A stretch of 42,059 bases of DNA from a virus (lineage: Duplodnaviria > Caudoviricetes). Shown here one piece after another: positions 8,331 to 17,732 of this stretch. Where the stretch lies: IMG/VR virus record IMGVR_UViG_3300028586_000376, positions 1 through 42,059 of that record; one strand, written 5' to 3'. How positions within the stretch are numbered: the stretch's first letter is position 1; each line of letters opens with the position of its first letter. The notes under the pieces are model-generated. The model had not been told where the DNA came from. It made no database searches and saw only the letters and a program-made list of their open reading frames with translations. Made by a program: the position numbers and the translations under genes.

Positions 8331-9158
8331 TCAGTCACCCTGTTGAATAATCACGTCTTCATCAATTGAGTCCACAGCATTGCCTCGACCAGATTTTGCC
8401 CCACCGTCCTTTTCCTCATCCGCTGAGCCTATGCCAAGCATGTTGGCGCCACTTGTAATCATTTTGTCCGCCTCCTGAACGGTGGCACTGACCGACATGA
8501 TAGCCAGATGTATCGTGCCGATTATTGGCAGTACCTTTTTAGTGAATGCCTTGTACTCTGCTTTTTGCGCGCCCTTCATGCCTTGGCTTCGCGAAATCTC
8601 AGCGGCCATAGCTCCCCATGCGCGACTTATACCCTCTACGCCAACTATGTGATGGTTCTGGATGCTCCAAAGAAATTGAGAAATTTGTGCTGACAGGAAT
8701 GCCTTTAGCCGGGGATCTAGATTTGCCTCTTCGAGATCACCCATCATAGCCTGAGCTTGCTTTTTCAGGCTCTTGAGAAAGTCTCCGCTCATATTGCGTG
8801 CGTCGAGAGGCGTCAGATAGTCATCTATAAGTGTGAGAAGCTGAAATGCCTGTGCTTCACCACGCACGGCAGAATTAGCGGTACTCTGAAGATGACCAAT
8901 TCTCAGATAGTTGGCAAACGTGTTTACAGCGTTGGCATAAAGCTGCTTGCTTCCTACTTTAAGACCACTCGCATGGATATCAGCCGTGAGCTGATCACAA
9001 TTTGCCTTGGCTGCTGATAAGGCGGCAAAGAATTTGTCTGAGTCAACAGCGGTATTTGATACGTTCGCAAACGCCTCTTGAAGTAAACGATCGGGCTTCT
9101 TTGCCAAGGACTGGAAAAACGCCCTTACTTCAGTCGCCAGTGTCTGCTCTTCTTCCAT
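8331..9158 (-). CDS. Hypothetical cargo protein (lower GC, helical)
   Basis: Long ORF; ATG 9158 (MEEEQ) chosen because the track start overlaps the terS promoter and start. Confidence 0.65.
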   Translation of the reverse strand: MEEEQTLATEVRAFFQSLAKKPDRLLQEAFANVSNTAVDSDKFFAALSAAKANCDQLTADIHASGLKVGSKQLYANAVNTFANYLRIGHLQSTANSAVRGEAQAFQLLTLIDDYLTPLDARNMSGDFLKSLKKQAQAMMGDLEEANLDPRLKAFLSAQISQFLWSIQNHHIVGVEGISRAWGAMAAEISRSQGMKGAQKAEYKAFTKKVLPIIGTIHLAIMSVSATVQEADKMITSGANMLGIGSADEEKDGGAKSGRGNAVDSIDEDVIIQQGD

Positions 9159-9194
9159 CTGCTCGACAAAGTCCCTATTTTCAATCCCAGCCTC

Positions 9195-9200
9195 TAAATA
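9195..9200 (+). promoter_or_regulatory. TAAATA motif before terS (leaderless spacing)
   Basis: TAAATA-GCTGT-ATG. Confidence 0.7.
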
Positions 9201-9205
9201 GCTGT

Positions 9206-9763
9206 ATGGCGCAGAAAAGACTAACAAAACTAGCTGATGAATCGAAACGGGCAATCCATTGTGCGGCTCGCACCGCCGAAAGTGCCAAGGCTCTCAGCCA
9301 ACTAGCAGATCGCAATCTGGCGGAAAGCGACACCAACGCATGGCGACGTATTAGCGAAGAGCACAAAGAGATCATCCTATACCGCATTCGCGGTGGCCAC
9401 ATTCTGTCAACGGCCTGCCGTGAGATTGGCGTTGATCCAGCAACGATCCGCAATCTGGCAGCCATCGACGAGGAATTCGATAAACGGCTCGCCCTTGCCT
9501 GTGCGCATGGACAATCAGCTCAGGTCGAGAAGCTGTATGAGATTCCGTACGACGACACTCTGAGTGACGCGGCCAAAAAGCTGCTCAGCGACAACATCAA
9601 ATGGATCGCAGCACGGTCCAACCGAAAGGCATGGGGCGATAACGTCAATCTCCACCAATCTGGAACTATAACGGTCAACGCTCCACAGTGGATGTTTGGA
9701 GCGCCGACCAGCGAGCAAGTAATTGACACGGACTTCACGGAGGACCCCGACACTGAGGAATAA
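9206..9763 (+). CDS. terS: Terminase small subunit
   Basis: HTH-like GHILSTACREIGVDPATI, then DNIKWIAARSNRKAWGD (Sf6-type TerS pattern); ATG 5 nt after TAAATA. Confidence 0.75.
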   Translation: MAQKRLTKLADESKRAIHCAARTAESAKALSQLADRNLAESDTNAWRRISEEHKEIILYRIRGGHILSTACREIGVDPATIRNLAAIDEEFDKRLALACAHGQSAQVEKLYEIPYDDTLSDAAKKLLSDNIKWIAARSNRKAWGDNVNLHQSGTITVNAPQWMFGAPTSEQVIDTDFTEDPDTEE

Positions 9764-10217
9764 CTATCCATGCGAGTAGCGTGTGGGAAAGCCTCGTTGG
9801 AAACAGCGAGGCTTTTCTATGACTGCCAGAGTCTTTGGTAGATTGGATAACCGCGCGGCTTTACATCGCTTGATAGCAAAGGGATTCAATCATGGCACCA
9901 TACCTAGTCATCGACAACACAGACTACCACAACTGGCTGGGCAATCTAATGCGAGCCATCTATCATCCAGTCAGCAAGCCAATGCCTCAGGATATGAAGG
10001 ATCTACTGCTCAGCATTGACGCAGACGAGGCAGAAGAGCATTTGTGCCGAGCAATGGCTCTGGGCCTATAACGCGTCACTGATACCCGTAGATGCTTTGG
10101 GAGGGCCATATCAGCCCTCCAGCAATCCATGTGCCCCGGCATCAATCAGCCCCTCACAGGGGCTCTTTGGCCGGAGGGGGTCTGTCTTTCAGCCCCGCAA
10201 TCGCCTACGCTGGCGCC

Positions 10218-10349
10218 ATGCCAATGCTTCCTGACAATCGCCTCGTCCGTGTGATCCTCGCAGTTGTCGCTATCGCGCTGCTTCTGTTCGGCCTTGGCCT
10301 CGCGTGGATCGCATACAACGATGTGAGCCACCTTCCAGCTACCAGGTAG
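10218..10349 (+). CDS. Small single-pass membrane protein
   Basis: MPMLPDNRLVRVILAVVAIALLLFGLGLAWIAY; part of track ORF 10092..10349. Confidence 0.4.
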   Translation: MPMLPDNRLVRVILAVVAIALLLFGLGLAWIAYNDVSHLPATR

Positions 10350-11092
10350 CCGATCAGCAGGTGTGTTGGTGTCTTAATACGCCAGAGTATCAGCTCATCC
10401 GCTAGATGCGAATGGTTCTCGGCTAACAGTTCAGCTCTAGATGCGATTGCGTCGTAGATGCGGTTAGTTGCCGCCATGTGGCTCGCCAAAGATGTTCACA
10501 CTTCCACATCTACTGTCTATCATCGCCAAAGAACTCTGCGACCAAAGAGCGACGAACCGTTGCGACTTTGTTGACCATGTGGCTGAGGAAAGAGTCATGC
10601 TCCTGCTCATTCACACTATACCCAGACAAGAGCAAATCAACCGCTAAGGCGTGGTCTGGACAATATATCTAAACCAGACCACATGACGTGCGGTTGAGTG
10701 AAGAATATCTTTCGTCAAGCCCCAAAGATATATCCGCCTGGGTTGCTCTTTGACAGCAGTGGCAACATAGTGAATGGGTAGTAGAGCAACCTCCTACCTG
10801 AACCCACATAATTACCCCAACAGCAACGACTCGTCGTAAAGGCAGAAAATATATCTGTCAGGGCCTTCTTTGGTTGATTAGGCGAATGGCCTGTATAGTG
10901 TGAACGTGTGAAGTGTGAACAGGTTGATTGAACTGAACGGCAAGCAAGACCAGAAAGAAGTGATGTCAACCGCATTGAATGGTTGACCTTTGATTCTCAG
11001 GTGGTCGGAGGGGATACGCCCCTTTCTGACAGGCGGGTGGGCGGCTTAGGATTTCTACAAAGCCATTTCAAAACCTGGATTCACCCGAGCAA

Positions 11093-12367
11093 TTATGACC
11101 CAGATTGCGGGGCCTCCGGTAGCCGCTGCCTAATAGCTCGATCGATGAGCAGCTTTACCGTTCGATCCATGTTAGTAAAACGGCACAGTGTGTTGAACTT
11201 GTCCTCGCCTAGTTCAACAAGCAACTTACCAAATACCTCATCAGCGTAGCTACTAGATATTACATGTACACCCGCGAAGTCAAAAGTCACCGCGATTGTG
11301 AAATTGTCCATGAGGTTTTCCGCTTTGTAGCGAGCCTCTCTGCCGGCCTCACGCGTGCCGAACGATGGACTTTCCTCTAGCGCCTTGAAAAGCATGCTAT
11401 CATCATCGGCTTCATAGTATTTCTCGATAATGTCGAATGAAGGTGTATGCGCACGACCACGAAAGACCAAGGCTTCTTCTAGAAGGCGATTATAATCCCA
11501 ATTGATACACGCGCGTACAAATGTCCCGTTGAATGGAATCGTCGCGGTGTTTACAACTGTCGATGCGCGATGATACCGACTTTCAGGTCTATTTCTAAGC
11601 GCTACACGACCGGACAAAATGTCAAACTCTCCGCCACTAACTTCGCAGCAGCGAAAAGTGCCGTAAAGCCCATTTCCTCTGTTTGTCTTCTTATTTTTTG
11701 TGACACCTTCGTTGATCGCCTGACGTAGAGCGATTGCGTCATTGTCGTACCCATATTCCGATTGCCGGAGTGAGCGAGGTATGGTCATCCCGGCATCACA
11801 AACATAAAACTCAATCTGCCTCCGCTTTGGGTACGTCATTACTTGAATGATCCCGCCGACTGGGGAGGCAGCATGATTGAGGACGTTATCGACGACCTCA
11901 TCGATTGCCCATTGAAGCGCGCTAATGCGATTCCGATCAAGCCCGGTAACCAAGCCCATCATCATTCGGATGCTGGTATCAACGGCCGCATGAGCCTGAG
12001 TGGCGTTCTCAAAAACGGTTGCTGACAAGTTACGGCGGTTAGCTGTCGCCATTGATCCATAGTTTTCGGAATCAATGAGGTAGGCCCAGTCCGTATTCTG
12101 AAGCAGCCGTGCGCCCGTCGAAAGTGTCGGTAGGATCAGTTCAAAATCGAGACCATCCAGGCGGTACTTTCGACACATGACAATGATTGGCAGCATGAAA
12201 GGTGCCGACACGAAGGTGGCATTCGAAAAATCCAGGACCACGTCCTGATATCCCTGCTTCATCAATACCGTATGTAGTGCCGCCAAGGTAGGTAACGGGT
12301 CATCGCCGACGTTTCCTGAGAAGCTGAATACGTTGCCATCGCTTCTGAACAAACCGCAGGCTCCCAC
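11093..12367 (-). CDS. STAS-like + GHKL/HATPase + C-terminal STAS-like (DUF4325-type) protein
   Basis: VVLDFSNATFVS; EVVDNVLNHA (N box), DAG, NRGNGL (G box); FDFAGVHVISSSYADEVFGKL. Confidence 0.8.
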   Translation of the reverse strand: MGACGLFRSDGNVFSFSGNVGDDPLPTLAALHTVLMKQGYQDVVLDFSNATFVSAPFMLPIIVMCRKYRLDGLDFELILPTLSTGARLLQNTDWAYLIDSENYGSMATANRRNLSATVFENATQAHAAVDTSIRMMMGLVTGLDRNRISALQWAIDEVVDNVLNHAASPVGGIIQVMTYPKRRQIEFYVCDAGMTIPRSLRQSEYGYDNDAIALRQAINEGVTKNKKTNRGNGLYGTFRCCEVSGGEFDILSGRVALRNRPESRYHRASTVVNTATIPFNGTFVRACINWDYNRLLEEALVFRGRAHTPSFDIIEKYYEADDDSMLFKALEESPSFGTREAGREARYKAENLMDNFTIAVTFDFAGVHVISSSYADEVFGKLLVELGEDKFNTLCRFTNMDRTVKLLIDRAIRQRLPEAPQSGS

Positions 12368-12423
12368 GACGAGATTTGAATGGCTTGTCCACGGCCGAGA
12401 TTGGACACGCTTGGTACTGAGGA

Positions 12424-13299
12424 TTACCCCACCTCTTCAGGGCGTCTACCATCCCACTCAGCTGCGAAAACGTCCAGCTTCAAACCAAATTCATTTTCGA
12501 TACGATCAACCCGCGCCTGGAAGGGCCGGCGATGCTCATGGGTCGATGGCTCATCCTCACGGCAATATCTCGCTGCCATCATGCTCGATCCATCCAGATA
12601 CGCGCTCAGCATTCGCACTGATGTCGTTATGCCGCTGCGCCATGCCTCCCAGCGAATGTCATCCTTACGTTGCTGCCACGTGACGAACTGACGGGCCGCG
12701 AAGGGCAACACGGCGTCGTTGGACGGCAGATTGTCAGGTAGTTCGTCCGGCATGGGGAATGGGAGCAGCTGATACCCTGCCCTGTCCAGCTCATTGAGCA
12801 CCCTGCCCCGATCCCTGAGGTTCAGCAGCAGGTCGATATGTTCTTCCCGTTGCCCTGCCATGTGGGCGTGGATCAGTTGCGTCCAGGTAGCGCCTTGCGG
12901 GTCGCTGATAAGCCGATCGCGCTCATAGAGCTTCTCTGACTTGTCCTTGACGTTGGCATGCTGTTCCCGGCTCAACCGCATGGCCGCATAGCCATCCAGC
13001 CTCTCATCAACGAGCAAGTCCAGGGGCGCCAGATTATTGAAGGGTATGTTGTGGTAGCCACCCACGCCGCGACGGAAGGACCGTCGGAAGTCATTGGCGG
13101 TTCTGCCGCACGCCAGCAGCACCACGGGGTATTCGCTGGCGCTACGCCCCAGCACGTCGTCCAGGCCCTTTATATCGCCCTCAATCCGGGCACGCTGGAG
13201 AGCTTTGACAATCTCGACGGTAAAGTCCTCAGTCGTCCGCTTGGGCCTCTGGACGTGGTAATATCGTTGATCACTTGACCGCATATTCGCCCCTGTCAC
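12424..13299 (-). CDS. Hypothetical protein (about 290 aa)
   Basis: Long ORF with phage-like codon usage; no motif recognised. Confidence 0.7.
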   Translation of the reverse strand: MTGANMRSSDQRYYHVQRPKRTTEDFTVEIVKALQRARIEGDIKGLDDVLGRSASEYPVVLLACGRTANDFRRSFRRGVGGYHNIPFNNLAPLDLLVDERLDGYAAMRLSREQHANVKDKSEKLYERDRLISDPQGATWTQLIHAHMAGQREEHIDLLLNLRDRGRVLNELDRAGYQLLPFPMPDELPDNLPSNDAVLPFAARQFVTWQQRKDDIRWEAWRSGITTSVRMLSAYLDGSSMMAARYCREDEPSTHEHRRPFQARVDRIENEFGLKLDVFAAEWDGRRPEEVG

Positions 13300-13349
13300 T
13301 CCTAGTGGCGAGTATCCAGACGGCGGTTAACGGCCTGCTAAATTACCAT

Positions 13350-13637
13350 ATGGACGAAGAAATTGACCACAAGGCCGAGTTTGAGAAAGCGGCTCGCGAG
13401 ATACGAACTCACTCGCACCGGATCACCGATTTGCGGGAGTATTGGGCAGCAAAGCGGCTCGATCCACAGGCGCAACCGGAGTGGCGCAAGGAGGGCAATC
13501 GCAAGCATGCCAAGCGCCAATTCACCCCCGAGCAAATCGACGATATGAAATACAGCGCCGACAGCTTGCGGGTTGTAGCTGCGCGGAATGGCACCACAGC
13601 CCCCACTGTCGCGTTCTTTCGCCTCATGAGTAAATAA
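13350..13637 (+). CDS. Small basic protein with a possible C-terminal HTH
   Basis: MDEEIDHK...FTPEQIDDMK...SLRVVAARNGTTAPTV; ATG 5 nt after the variant TAAATT. Confidence 0.6.
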   Translation: MDEEIDHKAEFEKAAREIRTHSHRITDLREYWAAKRLDPQAQPEWRKEGNRKHAKRQFTPEQIDDMKYSADSLRVVAARNGTTAPTVAFFRLMSK

Positions 13638-13640
13638 CAG

Positions 13641-13840
13641 ATCAGGGCGTGCTGCTAATCTCCTTTACAGTCCGTTTGTCGCGGGATCGTGAACATGCTC
13701 TAGCTGCTCATCAATGGGCTCCCGAGAAGTCATATTAGGCTGCTGATGAGTAAACGCGACGCAGCAAGTCCCTTTGAGGGCATAAGTCGTCTAAGCTAGT
13801 GGAAAGACAGAAATGGCCGGGGTGACCCGGCCATTTGCGC
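13641..13840 (+). ncRNA. Candidate structured non-coding RNA
   Basis: TAAATA at 13631, nested helices, closing 11-bp GNRA-capped hairpin 13811-13836, no credible ORF. Confidence 0.4.
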
Positions 13841-14101
13841 CTCTGATCCCCGTAGAAGCCCAGCTAGGGCTTGGACTGCTCCACGGCAGCCTGCGTACCC
13901 TGTGGTGTAGTTGGCAGCGCATCGGTTGCCCAGAGGGCAAGCACAGCCAACCCCGAAGTCATTACAACATCGCGCCACCCAAGCGGTTTAACAGCACTAC
14001 CCGGCATACTTGTTCTCCCTACCATGTCAGCAATTTATTGCCGTAGACAAAAGCTGTCATCCTCTAAGGAGGGCCAAGGCGAGAAGACTGCTCGGATCGC
14101 T

Positions 14102-14107
14102 TAAATA
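14102..14107 (+). promoter_or_regulatory. TAAATA motif before terL (leaderless spacing)
   Basis: TAAATA-TGCG-ATG. Confidence 0.7.
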
Positions 14108-14111
14108 TGCG

Positions 14112-15500
14112 ATGACAGAGCAATCCTATCGCAAAGAGTTCATCCCCAATGCCAAGCAGCAGCAGCTAAACCAACTGGTTTGGCATGATCCGTATGTTGA
14201 GAACCTATTGGCCTTCGGGCCTAGCCGATCCGGCAAGAGCGCGATCATTACCGCCATGATCATCAATCGGGCGATGAGCTATCCAGGAACCAAGCACGCC
14301 ATCTTCCGTCTAACGATGCGAAGCTGCCGCAGTCACCTGTTCAACGGCACATTCCCCGACATCATGAAGATGCTCTATCCCGACTTGTGGGAGTGGATGG
14401 GCAAGAACGGCAAGATCAACAAGGCCGAAAGCTGGGTCGAGTTCCCCAACACCAGCAAGATACACTTTGAGGGTCTTGATCCCAACAACATCGACAAGGT
14501 GTTGGGTGCGCAATACGCAACCGCTTGGGTCAACGAGTGTAACGAGGTCCAGGACTACGATATTATTCAGCAGTTGGCTTCTCGTTTGGCCGACACTGCG
14601 CCGTTGGTTGACCTCAACACCAACAAGCCGGTCCTAGACGCCGACGGCAAGGTCCAAAAGCTCCGGCCCTTGATGATCTACGACTGTAACCCCGACGTGA
14701 AGACGGATTGGGATTACCTGTGCTTCGTTGAAAAGCGCCACCCCATCACGGGCAAGCCATTCAAGCCAGAGACGTTGCGCAAGTGGCGTAGGGTGTTCTT
14801 GCCGCGTCAGGAGAACGACCACAACCTCGCTAAAGGCTACGGCGACTCCCTGGAAGATCGCTATGACGGCTCGCCGGAAATGGCCTCTCGCTTTCTTGAG
14901 GGCCGCTGGCGCGATGACAACCCGGACGCGCTGTTTCGCAAGAGCATGTTCAAATACCGGGATCGTCCCCAAGACGATTTTCTGCTGCGCATTATCGTCG
15001 CCGTCGATCCCGCAGGTAGCAACGGCAATAACAGCGACAGCACGGGTATCTGTGTTGTCGGCCTGGGTATGGACGGCTGCGCGTACATTCTGGAAGACGC
15101 CTCGATCAAGGGCACACCCGAGCAGTGGGCAAAGAGAGTGGGCGAACTCTACGACAGCTATGGTGCGGACCTCGTAGTCGCGGAAAAGAACTACGGCGGT
15201 CAGATGGTCGAGCACACGATCCGAACCTATCGCCGCAACATGCCAGTGAAGATGGTCACAGCAACAAAGGGCAAGCGAGTTCGCGCCGAACCCGTCGCAA
15301 TGGCTTATCATAAAGACAAGGTGTTCCACACCGACACGTTCAAGGAACTTGAAAGCCAAATGTGCGCGTACAAGTCGGATACAAAAAAGTCACCGGATAG
15401 AATGGACGCACTCGTTTGGGGAGTTAGCGAAGTCCTGAAACTCAGCGGGGGTTCCGGTGGATTCCATATCAGTAACATGGGCGGTCTGCCGAGTTTCTAA
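14112..15500 (+). CDS. terL: Terminase large subunit
   Basis: Walker A GPSRSGKS, Walker B AWVNE, nuclease IIVAVDPA...EKNYGG...DRMDA; ATG 4 nt after TAAATA. Confidence 0.93.
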   Translation: MTEQSYRKEFIPNAKQQQLNQLVWHDPYVENLLAFGPSRSGKSAIITAMIINRAMSYPGTKHAIFRLTMRSCRSHLFNGTFPDIMKMLYPDLWEWMGKNGKINKAESWVEFPNTSKIHFEGLDPNNIDKVLGAQYATAWVNECNEVQDYDIIQQLASRLADTAPLVDLNTNKPVLDADGKVQKLRPLMIYDCNPDVKTDWDYLCFVEKRHPITGKPFKPETLRKWRRVFLPRQENDHNLAKGYGDSLEDRYDGSPEMASRFLEGRWRDDNPDALFRKSMFKYRDRPQDDFLLRIIVAVDPAGSNGNNSDSTGICVVGLGMDGCAYILEDASIKGTPEQWAKRVGELYDSYGADLVVAEKNYGGQMVEHTIRTYRRNMPVKMVTATKGKRVRAEPVAMAYHKDKVFHTDTFKELESQMCAYKSDTKKSPDRMDALVWGVSEVLKLSGGSGGFHISNMGGLPSF

Positions 15501-15510
15501 GCGATACCAA

Positions 15511-15536
15511 TAAATACCTCATAATCTAGTGAGGTA
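15511..15536 (+). promoter_or_regulatory. TAAATA plus RBS-occluding hairpin (portal)
   Basis: TACCTCA 15515-15521 pairs with TGAGGTA 15530-15536. Confidence 0.7.
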
Positions 15537-15541
15537 GCAGT

Positions 15542-16924
15542 GTGGGAATTAACGAACCATCGGAGTTTTATAGCGAGAACGTAGGTCGCTGGACCACGAA
15601 CCGGGATGTTATCGCCGGATCGAACGCGGTTCGCAAAAAGACGATCACCTATCTGCCGCTGGCCTTTCCAGACCAAGACCTCGTCACCCAGTACCCAGCC
15701 TATCAAAAGGCCGTCAGCTTTTATCCAGCAGCTAACCGCACCTGCGACGGCATTCTAGGGCTGATGATGCGCCGTGACCCGGTTGCGGAACTCCCAGACG
15801 CGCTCAAAGACATCAAGGCGGTCATTACCAGCCATGGCGACAGCTTGGAAACGCTGACCCGTCGCGTCTGTAAAGAGGTGCTAACCACCAACTATTGCGG
15901 TTTGGTGGCCGATTACAGCACGGTGAGCGCATCAAGCAAAGGCGCGGCAAAGGACGGAGCCGAACGAGCATTCCTCAATTTCTACCCTGCTGAGAGCATT
16001 CTCGAATGTACCCCCGGCCCGGTCGGTAAGCGTCAGCTACCTATTCGTGTTCGCCTACTCGAAAATGGCGGTCAGACGGTCCGCCTCATGGAGTTGGTTG
16101 ACGGCTTAGTCGAAGTTAAGGTCTATCACCGCAACGACGGTAAGTGGCCTGACGAGAGCAGCCCTAATGAGGTTCATCTACCAAAGGCACGAGGCCAGCG
16201 TCTTACGGAAATTCCATTTGACCTTATGACGGTCGCGGACGACTATTATCCATATGAGGCACCGCTTGATAACGTCGTAGCCCTCAATCTGGACCACTAC
16301 ATCGCGCAATCGATGCTGACCAAGCAAATACTGTTCAATCTGTCGCCAATGATTTTTGTCAGTGGCATCGAGAAGTCCGAAACTGTCATCAAGTGGGTTC
16401 CGGGCCGTATCTACAGCTTGGAGAATGCGGAAAGCAAAGTATTCCAGGTAAGCACTCCTAGTGACTCGTCGTTGGCAAACGAAAAGATGATCGCAGCGCT
16501 TGAAGACAAAATCGCAGTTTGCGCCAACCGCATTCTCGCCCGTCAGAAGGCAGTTGCCGAAGCTGCTGAGACTGAGGCGGTTCGACAGGGCGCTGAAAAC
16601 AGCGTTCTGGCCATGACGGCAAACGCGATCAGTGAGCGGTTTGAGCGCAGTCTCAAGCGCGCCGCCAATTATACTGACGAGGATGTGGAAATCGCGTTCC
16701 AGATTAACACTGACTACCTGCCAGTGAATATCAGCTCTCAGGAAATCACCGCCATGCTCGGCCTCTATGAAGCCAAGTTGATGAGTCGTGAAAGCGCGTT
16801 CTACAAGCTGCGCGAAGGCGGCATGTTTGACGAAACGCACAAGTGGGATGCTGAACGGCAGCGTATTGATGCCGACCCCGCCGTTGCCAGCCCCATCAAG
16901 CAGATTCCACCCGCAGCCGTCTGA
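15542..16924 (+). CDS. Portal protein (DUF4055-type)
   Basis: Follows terL, 460 aa, YLP...Y..AVSFY..ANRT and PLDNVVALNLDHY motifs. Confidence 0.85.
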   Translation: MGINEPSEFYSENVGRWTTNRDVIAGSNAVRKKTITYLPLAFPDQDLVTQYPAYQKAVSFYPAANRTCDGILGLMMRRDPVAELPDALKDIKAVITSHGDSLETLTRRVCKEVLTTNYCGLVADYSTVSASSKGAAKDGAERAFLNFYPAESILECTPGPVGKRQLPIRVRLLENGGQTVRLMELVDGLVEVKVYHRNDGKWPDESSPNEVHLPKARGQRLTEIPFDLMTVADDYYPYEAPLDNVVALNLDHYIAQSMLTKQILFNLSPMIFVSGIEKSETVIKWVPGRIYSLENAESKVFQVSTPSDSSLANEKMIAALEDKIAVCANRILARQKAVAEAAETEAVRQGAENSVLAMTANAISERFERSLKRAANYTDEDVEIAFQINTDYLPVNISSQEITAMLGLYEAKLMSRESAFYKLREGGMFDETHKWDAERQRIDADPAVASPIKQIPPAAV

Positions 16925-16930
16925 ATACAG

Positions 16931-16998
16931 TCCTCTCCGCTAAATAATTCCGGAGGCCAGCAAGGCTCCTGACTTACCGGCCAGCTAGGCGGAGAGGA
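16931..16998 (+). promoter_or_regulatory. TAAATA (16941) within RBS-occluding hairpin (scaffold)
   Basis: TCCTCTCCGC 16931-16940 pairs with GCGGAGAGGA 16989-16998. Confidence 0.75.
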
Positions 16999-17004
16999 TA
17001 CCAA

Positions 17005-17640
17005 ATGACTAAAACTGTAGAACAGCTACAGGCTGAAATCGAATCGGCCTTGGCGAGTATCAAAAAGCTCGAAGGTCTGAACGACACTTTGAAGCTGGAA
17101 AATAAGACATTTTCCAGCAAGGTAGCTGAGGCGCTGTCCGAGAAGGAAGCTGCTCAGGAAAAGGCCGACCGCGAAGCCGGTAACATCGAAGCCCTAGAGC
17201 GTCGCCTTACCACCAAATTCCAGAACGAAATGAACGCTATTACCAAGGAGCGCGACACTCTCGCGAACGACCTCCGTACGGTTCGCGTCGATAACGAAAT
17301 CAAGAGTGCGCTGACAAGCAACAAGGTGATGGCTGAACTATCGGAGGGCGCAGAAGCGCTACTGCTCCGCAAGGTCCAGTACGAAGACGGAGTCGCGACA
17401 ATCGACGGCAAGAGCATTCAGGATGCCGCCAAGGCGCTCTTCAATAGCAAGGCTGGCGCTTACTACGTGGCTGGCCCTGATAGCTCTGGCAGCGGAAGCA
17501 CAGGCGCAACATCCGCGAAGCCAGCATCTCGTCCATTCAATGAAACTGAATACTCGATTCAGCGAAAGACTGATCCAGTTGGCGCAGATGCGTGGGCTAA
17601 AAACACAAACAACGATTGGATCATTCCACCAGCGCAGTAA
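17005..17640 (+). CDS. Capsid scaffolding protein
   Basis: Coiled-coil N-half and GSGSTG linker; lies between portal and capsid genes. Confidence 0.75.
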   Translation: MTKTVEQLQAEIESALASIKKLEGLNDTLKLENKTFSSKVAEALSEKEAAQEKADREAGNIEALERRLTTKFQNEMNAITKERDTLANDLRTVRVDNEIKSALTSNKVMAELSEGAEALLLRKVQYEDGVATIDGKSIQDAAKALFNSKAGAYYVAGPDSSGSGSTGATSAKPASRPFNETEYSIQRKTDPVGADAWAKNTNNDWIIPPAQ

Positions 17641-17653
17641 TCAACTGAAAACA

Positions 17654-17726
17654 TGCCTCCAGGGTCTCGGGAATAAATACTTCCGGACAGCCAGTTTTGT
17701 CGGGCTCGTCATAAACTCTGGAGGTA
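17654..17726 (+). promoter_or_regulatory. TAAATA (17674) within RBS-occluding hairpin (major capsid)
   Basis: TGCCTCCAGGGT 17654-17665 pairs with ACTCTGGAGGTA 17715-17726 (two G-U pairs). Confidence 0.75.
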
Positions 17727-17732
17727 TTGATT

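Noticed and set aside
9002-9205. N-terminal extensions in the ORF track (also 2550, 14010, 32673, 35163, 37946, 39879)
   Set aside because: They overlap other genes or promoters; downstream starts fit SD or TAAATA spacing better.
13327-13341. TTAA-N7-CTAA, near match to a CtrA box
   Set aside because: A single imperfect site that overlaps the TAAATT variant; could be chance.
13740-13770. CTGATGAG resembling a hammerhead ribozyme core
   Set aside because: No correctly placed GAAA or stems; the segment pairs with 13705-13713 instead.
14634-15359. Long antisense ORFs (also 16178-16840, 28590-29453, 29673-30662, 37991-38692)
   Set aside because: Antisense shadows of well-supported genes in GC-rich DNA.
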